Shown one piece after another: positions 9,091 to 18,307 of a stretch of DNA of 46,836 nt. The notes below the pieces were generated by a model. It searched no databases. It was not told the origin of the DNA and worked only from the letters and a program-made list of their open reading frames with translations. The DNA is from a virus. The stretch covers positions 1 to 46,836 of the IMG/VR virus record IMGVR_UViG_3300027123_000194. One strand, given 5' to 3'. Position 1 is the stretch's first letter. Each line of letters opens with the position of its first letter. Both the position numbers and the translations under genes were made by a program.

Positions 9091-9300
9091 TCACTCGCCC
9101 TCATACAAGAAAACACGACGACACTCCACATAGCTGTCATCCTCATAGAAGGTAAACGCCGGGATGTGAAGTATTGGATGGTCAATGATACCCTTGACGG
9201 TATTCACCTTGCTGCCGCTCTTAAACGGCTTCGGCTGGGATTGGTTGTTTTGGCCACTGGTCTTGCGAACTTTACGGCCAATCAGGCTTTCGTAGGTCAT
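9091..9300 (-). CDS. hypothetical basic protein (MTYESLIGRKVRK...)
   Basis: ORF; promoter motif rc of ~9318-9336. Confidence 0.65.
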   Translation of the reverse strand: MTYESLIGRKVRKTSGQNNQSQPKPFKSGSKVNTVKGIIDHPILHIPAFTFYEDDSYVECRRVFLYEGE

Positions 9301-9349
9301 ATTCCACCCTATCTGTTGGTTGATGTGACTATTATAACACGCTATTAGA

Positions 9350-9628
9350 TCAATTCCAATAGAGTTTACAGAAAGATACAAAACGGTTGTAAATGCGTTT
9401 GTACCATGTGCGGCGGTCGATTTCGTTGATGTGTGTCTTGAACAACATCACACTATCCGAAAACTTGCGATAGTTTTGAGCGGGAATCGTCAGCCAGACA
9501 CGAACACGATTCTTCGTATAAACCGGATTGCTGACATAACGTCCACCATAATGAACCATCACAGCATGATAGTTCTGCAAATGGCCATTATCAACCCATT
9601 CTATGATTTCAACCACTTCATCTGACAT
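9350..9628 (-). CDS. hypothetical protein, 92 aa
   Basis: ORF. Confidence 0.65.
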   Translation of the reverse strand: MSDEVVEIIEWVDNGHLQNYHAVMVHYGGRYVSNPVYTKNRVRVWLTIPAQNYRKFSDSVMLFKTHINEIDRRTWYKRIYNRFVSFCKLYWN

Positions 9629-9776
9629 AACTACTCCGAAATCATCAATTCATAATACTCATAAGCCATGTCCATATATCCCATGACCATTGGATGATTC
9701 ACATTATACAGAGAGCCATCCTTGTTGTAAAGGTAAAAAAGACATTCCATTGCATATTGATATACGCCTGATTATC

Positions 9777-9974
9777 TCATACATCTTCAACCCACGACGC
9801 CAATTCAATATTGACATTCAGAAAATGCAGATAGTCGCTATCAGCCGCCAAAGACGAAAAAATCCACGTCATCGGATTTGTCACACAATCTGGGTATTTC
9901 ACCCACTTGTCAAAAAAGCCCTCAAGGACGATCTTGCGGACTTCTATCTGATTACGAACTAAACGGTGGTTCAT
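9777..9974 (-). CDS. hypothetical protein, 65 aa
   Basis: ORF, ATGA overlap with 9971 ORF. Confidence 0.55.
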   Translation of the reverse strand: MNHRLVRNQIEVRKIVLEGFFDKWVKYPDCVTNPMTWIFSSLAADSDYLHFLNVNIELASWVEDV

Positions 9975-10336
9975 GCATTACCCCACTTGAAATTGGCTGG
10001 AAACTCGTCCTTTGACTTATATCGCACCTTGTCGATATAGTAGCGAACCATGTATTCTGTCATATCACGTTCAACCCACTTATCGTTATTCAACATTCTC
10101 GTCATGTACTGTCCGAGGCTTCGCTCCTTCAACAGATACTGGAAAGCATCTTGCGTGGTCGTGGTGATTCCACAACGCTGACAAACATCACCAAGAATAC
10201 TCACCAAAGCCGCATGATACGAAATCTTGCTTTGCTCCCCATTGTAAAAGAAGCGGCGATACAAAGAGGAAATACGCTTTTCAGGGTCTTTCGACTTACA
10301 AGCACGGATGAACAGGGTGTCGAGGTTGCTGGACAT
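9971..10336 (-). CDS. hypothetical protein (MSSNLDTLFIRACKSKDPEK...)
   Basis: ORF; promoter motif rc of ~10346-10364. Confidence 0.7.
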   Translation of the reverse strand: MSSNLDTLFIRACKSKDPEKRISSLYRRFFYNGEQSKISYHAALVSILGDVCQRCGITTTTQDAFQYLLKERSLGQYMTRMLNNDKWVERDMTEYMVRYYIDKVRYKSKDEFPANFKWGNA

Positions 10337-10480
10337 GTGATTAACTCTCAAAGTTGATGTGACCATTATACACCAAAAATAGTCTAAGTCAACAATTAAT
10401 TCTAAAGGTTTACAATAAAAAAATCTTGTTCTTTTGAACTTTTCCTGTATAATAACCATATCAAAAGCGGAGAATGATTC

Positions 10481-10735
10481 ATGCAAAAGCCACAATATTT
10501 TCAAGGTGCTACAGGCAAACGTGGTGATGCTGTTATGACTTACCGCACAATTAGTGTCTGGAAAGAACCGGGTAATGAAAGTGAAACATCCTATGATTGT
10601 ATTGCATATGCAATGACCAAAACGGTATTGTGTGATATGATCAATATGAGCAATCGTAGAGGCGCACTAAAATCGTCAAAAAATCCATATCAATTCTGGC
10701 GTTATGAAATTATTTCTCTTGATAACGTCAAGTAG
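10481..10735 (+). CDS. hypothetical protein, 84 aa (TAG stop)
   Basis: ORF with upstream TTTCCTGTATAATAACC promoter-like element. Confidence 0.7.
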   Translation: MQKPQYFQGATGKRGDAVMTYRTISVWKEPGNESETSYDCIAYAMTKTVLCDMINMSNRRGALKSSKNPYQFWRYEIISLDNVK

Positions 10736-10773
10736 AAATGATATAATTCCACAATCATCTTGAGGGCAACGAC

Positions 10774-11139
10774 ATGTGTCAAGAAAACTTTCTCACCATC
10801 CACAAACGCTTTGTCGGGTATCCTGACAGTGCCGTTCATGCCTTCATGGAAGAACAGGCAAAACGTTCTTCTAAGGGAAAAGTTCTGGTGGTTGCAGTCA
10901 AATACCAAGACGGGTCATTTGACGATGAATACCATGTTTTCCACCCAGCCACCAAAAAAGTCCCCTATAAGACGGCTGATGGTGAATTGTGGGAAGCTAA
11001 TTTTGATACAAGCAAGTGGGACGGGGATTGGTTGTTTGATTTCAAGCCGATGTCAAAATCGGAATTGAAAAAGGCTCTTGCTGATTATATCGCTGGGCCT
11101 GCGCCACTGTCAATTGATTTGATTGAAAAAGACGCTTAA
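10774..11139 (+). CDS. hypothetical protein, 121 aa
   Basis: ORF followed by hairpin AAAAAGACGCTTAATGCGTCTTTTTT. Confidence 0.7.
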   Translation: MCQENFLTIHKRFVGYPDSAVHAFMEEQAKRSSKGKVLVVAVKYQDGSFDDEYHVFHPATKKVPYKTADGELWEANFDTSKWDGDWLFDFKPMSKSELKKALADYIAGPAPLSIDLIEKDA

Positions 11140-11268
11140 TGCGTCTTTTTTCTTTTGTTACATTGGAAAACATTGATTTACAAACAGAAATAATTAAATT
11201 GTTGCCAAACAAAAGATTTTGAGATATAATGAACTCATCAAGACGATAACCAACCCCGGAGATTCAAG

Positions 11269-11430
11269 ATGCAAACTTTCATTCGCAATGGTGTGTACTT
11301 CAAGGCTGCTGACGTTCGTTCCGCCAAGGTCGCCGCAACCAAGGCTGGGGGCGAAAGCATTACCCTCAAGGATGTGCGTGGTCGTGTCATTTCCACCAAG
11401 GCCAAGGGCAAATGGAAGGATGCCGAATAA
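11269..11430 (+). CDS. small basic protein, 53 aa (MQTFIRNGVYFKAADVRSAKVAATKAGG...)
   Basis: Strong promoter TTGCCA-17-TATAAT immediately upstream. Confidence 0.65.
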   Translation: MQTFIRNGVYFKAADVRSAKVAATKAGGESITLKDVRGRVISTKAKGKWKDAE

Positions 11431-11480
11431 CCAACAGGGCGACTGTGAAAGGTCGCCCTAACTATTTCGGGTGAACAAAA

Positions 11481-11681
11481 ATGTATTTTGAAATCAATGC
11501 AAACGAGAATGGTATTTTCCTTGTGTGCGACAACGAGGAAGATGCAGCAACGCTGTATTACAAGCAGCCAAAAGAAATCCAAAACCGCCTAAAATGGGCT
11601 TGCTTTGGTGGCTACATGAACGCATTTAGCATTCATGGTGATGAAACCCTTACTATCAATGACGTGTCCATTATCAAGTGA
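11481..11681 (+). CDS. hypothetical protein, 66 aa
   Basis: ORF followed by AAAAAGCGCCTTTAAGGCGCTTTTT terminator. Confidence 0.7.
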   Translation: MYFEINANENGIFLVCDNEEDAATLYYKQPKEIQNRLKWACFGGYMNAFSIHGDETLTINDVSIIK

Positions 11682-11706
11682 AAAAGCGCCTTTAAGGCGC
11701 TTTTTG

Positions 11707-11871
11707 TTATATTCCGATGATTTCCCTTGCTTCATCGTTCGACAGGAAAATATCACGACCAACATCGTAATAGGCATGTTCGCCGGTTTCCGTGTTCCAC
11801 ATGTAGTGCAGAACATGACCAGTGCGAGTCTTGAAAGGCTTTTCAGTACCACCACAAGCTGCTACCCACAT
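11707..11871 (-). CDS. small hypothetical protein, 54 aa (MWVAACGGTEKPFKTRTGHVLHYMWNTETGEHAYYDVGRD...)
   Basis: Direct reading; promoter-like ATTATAAC rc just upstream. Confidence 0.55.
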   Translation of the reverse strand: MWVAACGGTEKPFKTRTGHVLHYMWNTETGEHAYYDVGRDIFLSNDEAREIIGI

Positions 11872-12020
11872 GATGAACTCCACAAAGTTCGTTTCGATGG
11901 ATTCATTATAACATAGACAAAAAGATTGTCAATCAAATAATAAAAAATTATTTTGAAAATGTAGATTGACAAAGTTTTCTTGCGTGGTATAATGATCACA
12001 TCAAGACGGGAGATGCCATT

Positions 12021-12167
12021 ATGATCAAGCACTTTGAAATCATCGACACCCAAACCGGCGCTGTGGTTGGCACGGCAAAGACCCGTTCTAGTGCCAGTAA
12101 CAAGAAAGATCGTATGGATGCCAAGTATGGTGCAGTGCGATATGTGGCACGGCCAGTTTACGAATAA
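12021..12167 (+). CDS. small basic protein, 48 aa (MIKHFEIIDTQTGAVVGTAKTRSSASNKK...)
   Basis: Promoter TTGACA...TATAATGATCACATCAAGACGG directly upstream. Confidence 0.65.
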   Translation: MIKHFEIIDTQTGAVVGTAKTRSSASNKKDRMDAKYGAVRYVARPVYE

Positions 12168-12510
12168 ATTGTGCTTACTTTGCCAGTAGTGTTGAGGATA
12201 AACTGGTAGGATTAGCTATTTCGTGCCTTGTATGGAAAATAAAACATAGCAAAAAACAATAGCAGCATAATACATTTGTACCTAAATGGGGTTATGCCGT
12301 TATCTGCGATAAAGATATAAAAAAGGGTCATTGAGGCTATGAAAATGCTTTAATGGCCCTTTTTTGTTACATTACAGATACACATCAAACAATCTTTTCT
12401 GATATAATGATTTCAATACCTGAGAACGGGGGAGACAATCACCGGGGCTGGAAGTTTTTCAATACAAAAATATACAAAAAGAGCCTCATGAGGCTCCACT
12501 TTGTTTGAAA

Positions 12511-12771
12511 TTAATCGGGATACCCCACACAATCCTCGGCATTTTCATCGGCATTGCGCTTTGCCTCGATGATTGCCCCCTTGATGACTTCATGATCATC
12601 GTCAGAGATGAAAACATCCCCAACAACGTCATAATCAACAATGGCGTAACCACTATATTCTTCGGGGTCACGGGCAGCACGGGAAAACTTTCCCTTGACA
12701 ATGGTGCATTTCTTCACCATCACTTCAACCACGTCGCCATTGTTGAGTTCAACATTGATCTTGGTGTTCAT
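12511..12771 (-). CDS. hypothetical acidic protein, 86 aa
   Basis: ORF, promoter motif rc of ~12795-12812. Confidence 0.7.
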   Translation of the reverse strand: MNTKINVELNNGDVVEVMVKKCTIVKGKFSRAARDPEEYSGYAIVDYDVVGDVFISDDDHEVIKGAIIEAKRNADENAEDCVGYPD

Positions 12772-12932
12772 GGTGTTTCTCCAATGTGGTTATCGTCTTG
12801 ATGTATTCATTATAACTAATTTCTTTTTGAATGTAAAGAAATTATTTTAACTAATTGTTATTCAAATGTAAAAACAGCGTCAAAACTTGAAAACAAAAAA
12901 GGGGCATAATGCCCCTTTTCATTAAACCCCAT

Positions 12933-13211
12933 TCAGACCGGCTTGATATCCGCCGTGTTAACCACCATCAAGAACGGCGTGGAACCATCTGCCGGATTGC
13001 GGCGAACCACCGTAAAGATTCCACCCTTGACGATGCCATTGAAAACATTGGCATCAACTCCAATATCGGAACCTTCACCAACAATGGCATCATTGCCATT
13101 GAACTTGAAGGGATAACCAAGACGACCATAGGTCAGCTTCTTGACACCCTTAGAAGCAGTGACGACCAGCTTGGCAACCTTGGTTTCAGCGGTGATTTGG
13201 TAGTTGGACAT
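12933..13211 (-). CDS. hypothetical protein, 92 aa
   Basis: ORF, promoter motif rc of ~13228-13255. Confidence 0.7.
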   Translation of the reverse strand: MSNYQITAETKVAKLVVTASKGVKKLTYGRLGYPFKFNGNDAIVGEGSDIGVDANVFNGIVKGGIFTVVRRNPADGSTPFLMVVNTADIKPV

Positions 13212-13457
13212 GGTGATTACTCCGGAGTTCGTTGTCTTGATAGGTACATTATATCAGATAGGGAAACTTAGTAAAGCATTATTTTCATTTATAATGTAAA
13301 AAGTTTGTTATTAAATTACATTCTAGATACAATCAAAAATTATGCATCCCCGGTGTTTGTCTCCACCTCAACTCCGGTCTTGTCACCATTATACCAGAAA
13401 AACAAAAGACAAAAGCCCCCTTAAAGGGGGCTTTTGTTAACCTTTGTAACGGCATCC

Positions 13458-13832
13458 TTATTCGGTGACGGCATCGGCGGCAACCTTTTCCCCGGCCACA
13501 CGACCAGCAGAAAAGTAGCCCTTGACGTGGAAACGGGTCAGGGTTTGGTTCAGCTTTACCTGACGATATTCCGGAATCAGGTTGATCTTTGTGGCATTGG
13601 CGGCAATCGCTTCCGCACGGTGCTGCAACACTGTATTGGCGAAGATGAAAGCATCCACCACGTCCTGTCCATTCTGAGCGACAGCCTCCAGATCAGCAGT
13701 ATTCACGGTGACGGCGAAATCCCGCAATTCACCCGTCCCATTGGAACGGACATAAGAGAAAGCGACCGGAACGGTTTGGTGACGGGGAAACTTTGCGCCG
13801 AAAGTCTTGATCTTGCCGATATTGCGGTTCAT
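13458..13832 (-). CDS. hypothetical protein, 124 aa
   Basis: ORF; shares VNTAD(I/L) segment with 12933 ORF; followed by hairpin terminator. Confidence 0.7.
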   Translation of the reverse strand: MNRNIGKIKTFGAKFPRHQTVPVAFSYVRSNGTGELRDFAVTVNTADLEAVAQNGQDVVDAFIFANTVLQHRAEAIAANATKINLIPEYRQVKLNQTLTRFHVKGYFSAGRVAGEKVAADAVTE

Positions 13833-14082
13833 GATGAAATCCTCACATTAGGTTGGTCGGTTAGCATTACTGCCCTCTATGTGATTAATAATATCAAACT
13901 AAGTTCATCTTGGCAACATTTTCTTTGTAATTATAATGTGAAAAACTTACATTCCAGTTACAAACAAAAAACACGCTACCCCGGTGATTGTCTCCACCTC
14001 AACTCCGGTCTTGACCCTATTATAAAACAAAAAAGGCCCGCTTGGGAGCCTTTTCATGTAATTGTTTGTTACGAATTGTCAA

Positions 14083-14223
14083 TCACCTTGCAAACTGTGC
14101 GTCATATGCTTCTTGTAATGCGGTGTGATCAACCTTGCAATCCTGTGATGCTTTCCAGCAAGCATCCGCATAATCAATGCCCTTTGAGATTAACACATTC
14201 AAGTAATCCAGTGCTTTTTGCAT
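14083..14223 (-). CDS. small protein, 46 aa (MQKALDYLNVLISKGIDYADACWKASQDCKVDHTALQEAYDAQFAR)
   Basis: Direct reading; helix-rich. Confidence 0.5.
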   Translation of the reverse strand: MQKALDYLNVLISKGIDYADACWKASQDCKVDHTALQEAYDAQFAR

Positions 14224-14295
14224 TTCAAAACCCTCGCCGGTTAGTATGAAACCATTATATCACACTAAAACCGGCATGACAACCACTTTCATAAC

Positions 14296-14587
14296 TCACG
14301 CAACATCCCATTCCCAAGAACGGGGGCAATCATAAGCGTCACGCAGAATCACCACCTCAACACCCATCGCCTCCCCTGCGGCCAGCACAGCACGTTGGCG
14401 GGCCAGTGCTGCATCCTTCCAGTCTCCGTCAACCAGATGAAAAAAAGCATCAGCCAACAGTTCAATCTCATGACGCATACGGTCACGCATCTCATGCGCC
14501 AATTCTTTTGCGGCATGGGCGGCGTCAACAGCCATCAAAGCCAGTTCAGAACTAACAGAAGTAGCGAAGCGGGTAGCGGTTTGCATG
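14296..14587 (-). CDS. hypothetical protein (MQTATRFATSVSSELALMAVDAAHAAKELAHEM...)
   Basis: ORF, promoter motif rc of ~14612-14630. Confidence 0.65.
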
Positions 14588-14739
14588 TCAGTCTCCAAGA
14601 GATTGCGTTTCGATATGGTCATTATATCAAACTAAATGCATTGGTCAATACTTTTTCAAAAAATCTTTTCAATTAAAAAGATTGACACCATTAAACGAAA
14701 GTGATAACATGACCCAATCAACAAACAACAGGTGACAAT

Positions 14740-14892
14740 ATGCTCAACCATATCCGTGCGTTCATCCTTGGTGCCAAGGAATTCCGTCTGTCCATGACCA
14801 CCCATTTCAATGACCTCGCCCTGTGTGATGCCTATGATCGTGGCCGGGACTTTGCCCACATGATCACTTTCCGTCATTATGAGGAAGTGTAA
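14740..14892 (+). CDS. small protein, 50 aa (MLNHIRAFILGAKEFRLSMTTHFNDLALCDAYDRGRDF...)
   Basis: RBS AGGTGAC and promoter upstream. Confidence 0.6.
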   Translation: MLNHIRAFILGAKEFRLSMTTHFNDLALCDAYDRGRDFAHMITFRHYEEV

Positions 14893-15066
14893 ATGAAAAA
14901 ACTTTTCACTTGCCTGTATTCAATTGAAAATTGGAAAACTATTGAAAAACACGGCGGGCAGGTTATTCATGCTGGTTGTCTGTACATCGACTATTGGGCG
15001 GAAACAGCCGTCCCCGGCTTTAGCTCATGGACTCAGGAAGATCGAGACGCCGTGAAGAACATGTAA
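14893..15066 (+). CDS. small protein, 57 aa (MKKLFTCLYSIENWKTIEKHGG...)
   Basis: Immediately adjacent ORF; terminator AAAAAGGCTTCTCAAAAAGAAGCCTTTTT follows. Confidence 0.6.
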   Translation: MKKLFTCLYSIENWKTIEKHGGQVIHAGCLYIDYWAETAVPGFSSWTQEDRDAVKNM

Positions 15067-15181
15067 CCATACCAAAAAGGCTTCTCAAAAAGAAGCCTTT
15101 TTGCATTCAAATAAAAATTAAAAACACTTGCAGGCTGCAATCAATGTGGTATAATAACCACATCAACCCGGAGAACACATC

Positions 15182-15484
15182 ATGGCACTGCAAATCCAAA
15201 TCCCGAAAAAAGTTTTTGATGATGGTTCGTTCTACCAGTCTGACCTCATTACGACCAAATTGGTTTTGTCCAAAAAGGTTAAGAGAATCCCTCTTGCGGT
15301 TGAATATCACTACGTTGTAGATATCCCAACCACTATGCGCCATAAAAGCGTCTCAGGACTCTTTGGAAGCCTTTCTGCGGCGTTTTACGGCGAAACCCGT
15401 GGCACTGTAACCTATGTTCGCAAAGTGCGCCGTATCAGCCGCTCCAAGGCTGCTGTGATGGTCAAAACTATTAGTACGTACTAA
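15182..15484 (+). CDS. hypothetical basic protein, 100 aa
   Basis: Promoter GGTATAATAACCACATCAACC upstream. Confidence 0.75.
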   Translation: MALQIQIPKKVFDDGSFYQSDLITTKLVLSKKVKRIPLAVEYHYVVDIPTTMRHKSVSGLFGSLSAAFYGETRGTVTYVRKVRRISRSKAAVMVKTISTY

Positions 15485-15552
15485 TAGTTGCACCAATTAA
15501 AGAAAGGTGATATAATTCCTTTCACACTCATCACCACGAGAGGGCGATAATC

Positions 15553-15780
15553 ATGCAATCCATGAACTCCATTACTGTTTCCCAAGAAATCGCCCTCATC
15601 CGCCAGTCTGAAAACGATGACATTCTGGAAAAACAAAACCAGATTGACATGGAAAAGGCCAAAGAACGCATGATTAATGAATTGGCTTACATCCTGTGCG
15701 ACGACTATGAATATTACACCGGCACAACATTATCATGGAGAAGTGCTGTTGATCAAGCCCGTTCCTACCTGAACCTGTAA
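15553..15780 (+). CDS. hypothetical protein, 75 aa
   Basis: ORF with upstream promoter-like sequence. Confidence 0.65.
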   Translation: MQSMNSITVSQEIALIRQSENDDILEKQNQIDMEKAKERMINELAYILCDDYEYYTGTTLSWRSAVDQARSYLNL

Positions 15781-15861
15781 GTTTGAAAATAGTTTGAAAA
15801 ATCGCTTGACCTGAGTTTATTTTCCAGTTAAAATGAACACATCAACCAATGGGAATGACAA

Positions 15862-16104
15862 ATGAACACTCTCGAAGCTTTCAGCAAGAAAATCACCACC
15901 CTTCTGGCATCCGCCCCTAAAGTCACTGGCACTGCCCATGAAGTGTGTATCGACACAACCCACGCCGACAAAAAGGTAACTGTTACAGTCACCAGCAAGG
16001 AAGGCGATACATTCACCCTTATGACCTTCACCGGAAGCATGTCAACCAAACGCAACAATATCATCTTCTGGCAGGTTGACAACTTTATCAAGAGTTGTCA
16101 ATAA
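15862..16104 (+). CDS. hypothetical protein, 80 aa
   Basis: Promoter CTTGACCTGAGTTTATTTTCCAGTTAAAATGAACACATCAACC upstream. Confidence 0.7.
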   Translation: MNTLEAFSKKITTLLASAPKVTGTAHEVCIDTTHADKKVTVTVTSKEGDTFTLMTFTGSMSTKRNNIIFWQVDNFIKSCQ

Positions 16105-16199
16105 GTATTCCGCTGGAAAATAAACTCAAAAATTACTTGACCTGAGTTTATTTTCCAGTTAAAATAAACGCATCAACCAGTAAACATGAGTGCAATATC

Positions 16200-16448
16200 A
16201 TGACCAACATCTTCACCGCAGAACAGACCACCAAGATTCTTGATGCAATCATGGATATCGAAATGGGCAACAACGGTTATGCTGATATCGGCACCGACCG
16301 AACCATTGCAGAAGCCGTCGCACTCGCCGGTTACACCGTTCTGCACGTTGCTGCAACCGCTGGCGGCTTCGTATACCGTGGCTTCACAAAGGCCGCACAA
16401 GCCGCACTGGCACAAGAATCTTTCGGTATCCCCGTCAACCTCAAGTAA
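16200..16448 (+). CDS. hypothetical protein, 82 aa
   Basis: Near-identical promoter to 15862 ORF; hairpin terminator AAAAAAGCTTCCATATGGAAGCTTTTTT. Confidence 0.7.
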   Translation: MTNIFTAEQTTKILDAIMDIEMGNNGYADIGTDRTIAEAVALAGYTVLHVAATAGGFVYRGFTKAAQAALAQESFGIPVNLK

Positions 16449-16664
16449 ACAAAAGGTTACACAAAAAAGCTTCCATATGGAAGCTTTTTTCATTATACTT
16501 ACCTCAATACCTGAAAACGGGGGAGACAAACACTGAACCTGCACAAAATGTGTTTGTAACCAATATGTTAAAAAGTAACACCAAAATAACAATCCCTTTC
16601 TTTACAGATAAAAAGAAATCCATTATAATGACTCTATCAAGACAGCAAACATGAGTGCAATATC

Positions 16665-16985
16665 ATGACCAGCAAGCGAATCACCAAAGCAACCCTCAAG
16701 GCATTCATCCGCAAGAATGCCAAGAACCTGTACATCCGTCAAGAATCTTCCTTTGATGGCATGACAGACGGCACTGAATACCACAAGGGCGCTCAATTCA
16801 ATCAGGTTGACGAAAAAACCATCAACATGTCCAATGAAAACACTTTGGGTATCAAAGGCGTCTGGCTGGTTGGTTCTTCAAACAACTACTTTTCCGCATA
16901 TGAGAAGGATGGGTTCACCGGAATTCATGTTTACAATTGTTGCGGAACGTTCACAGTGGCAATCAAATCCGAAACCAAAAAGTAA
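16665..16985 (+). CDS. hypothetical protein, 106 aa
   Basis: TTTACA-17-TATAATGACTCTATCAAGACA promoter. Confidence 0.7.
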   Translation: MTSKRITKATLKAFIRKNAKNLYIRQESSFDGMTDGTEYHKGAQFNQVDEKTINMSNENTLGIKGVWLVGSSNNYFSAYEKDGFTGIHVYNCCGTFTVAIKSETKK

Positions 16986-17053
16986 CATTCGGCTATTGAT
17001 ATCTGGCTTTATTTCAGTTAAAATAAAGCCATACCACAAAGGGGAATACCATC

Positions 17054-17206
17054 ATGTACCAAGTAACCCGGCTGTTCATTTCCGGAAATCTGGAAGGTTT
17101 GACCTTCACGGAAAAAACAACCATACCCATGATTGTCGGAAAAGTCTATAACCCGTCCGGAAATCAATCATCCTACAAAATCCTTGAGTGCGTCAAGGTT
17201 GGTTAA
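17054..17206 (+). CDS. small protein, 50 aa (MYQVTRLFISGNLEGLTFTEKTTIPMIVGKVYNPSGNQSS...)
   Basis: Direct reading; promoter-like CAGTTAAAATAAAGCCAT upstream. Confidence 0.55.
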   Translation: MYQVTRLFISGNLEGLTFTEKTTIPMIVGKVYNPSGNQSSYKILECVKVG

Positions 17207-17293
17207 CAAACCGTTACAAAGATGAGTGAAAAGAGACTTCCCAAATAGTCTCTTTTCAGTTAAAATAACCTCATCATCAACGGGAGCATCACC

Positions 17294-17596
17294 ATGCAAA
17301 ACAATCTCTTCTCCGGAATCCAAGCTGGTAAGTTCGTGGTTTCCCAAATGTATCGCTTGGTGGAGTTGTCTGATGGTCGCTCGGTTACTACCCTTTATGT
17401 GGTAGTTTCCACTCCTAAAGGCCGCCATTTCCGCCATATCCAAGGCTCTGGTGAGTTCTTCTATGATGTAGAAGGGTATTGTGAAGAAATTTGTGATATC
17501 GCCCCTGATCAAATCCGCTGGCAGCAAGATTGCGTCGTGGAAACCCTCAAGGCAGGACAAAAGCTTGCAAGCGAGGAATGGGTGGAAATATCCTAA
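17294..17596 (+). CDS. hypothetical protein, 100 aa
   Basis: ORF + upstream promoter-like sequence. Confidence 0.7.
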   Translation: MQNNLFSGIQAGKFVVSQMYRLVELSDGRSVTTLYVVVSTPKGRHFRHIQGSGEFFYDVEGYCEEICDIAPDQIRWQQDCVVETLKAGQKLASEEWVEIS

Positions 17597-17831
17597 CCAA
17601 TAACATTCAGTTACAAAAAAAGGCTTCGCATGAAGCCTTTTTTCGTTTATAATCCACTCAATACCTGAAAACGGGGGAGACAAACACCAAACTTACACAA
17701 AATATGTTCGTAACCACATGTAAACAAAATAACATTTCGATAACATTTCTCTCAAACTTTTTCTTTACAGTTAAAAAGAAATTCCTTATAATGAACTCAT
17801 CAAGACAACAACCACTTTTGGAGATGCAGCC

Positions 17832-18071
17832 ATGACCAACGACCAAATCTTCGGCACCACCAACGCAATCACCAAGACTGCCGCAATGATGACGAAAATG
17901 GCAGGCGAAGCGGTTTCTGTCGAATATATCGGAGGCGCTTATTACGCCTTTGGCAGTGAAATCGCCACACTGCGACTGTTCCATTCCTACAACAAGGCAG
18001 CGCATAATCCGAAAGCATCCGCAGGATTTTCGGAAAACCTCAAAAAGTTCTACTTCCGGCTTGAGGTATAA
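17832..18071 (+). CDS. hypothetical protein, 79 aa
   Basis: TTTACAGTTAAAAAGAAATTCCTTATAATGAACTCATCAAGACA promoter. Confidence 0.7.
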   Translation: MTNDQIFGTTNAITKTAAMMTKMAGEAVSVEYIGGAYYAFGSEIATLRLFHSYNKAAHNPKASAGFSENLKKFYFRLEV

Positions 18072-18307
18072 ACTACACAAACCGTTACACAAAAAGACTT
18101 CCGTTTGGAAGTCTTTTTCATTATACTAACACCAATACCTGAAAACGGGGGAGACAAACACCGAACCTGCGGCAAATCCAAATGTATCCACAATGTAAAC
18201 AAAATAACATTCCTATAACATTTCTCTCAATCTTTTTCTTTACAGTCTAAAAGAAATCCCTTATAATGAACCTATCAAGACAGCAAACAGCCACAGGAGC
18301 TACCGCT

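Noticed and set aside
13434-14249. 271-aa plus-strand ORF
   Set aside because: It lies antisense to better supported minus-strand ORFs (13458..13832, 14083..14223) and across promoters/terminators; shadow ORF.
17168-18092. 171-aa and 144-aa minus-strand ORFs
   Set aside because: Antisense to promoter-bearing plus-strand ORFs and crossing the repeated intergenic cassette; the similar MSPPFSGIEWI-type peptides (also at 16173..16592) are only translated repeat DNA.
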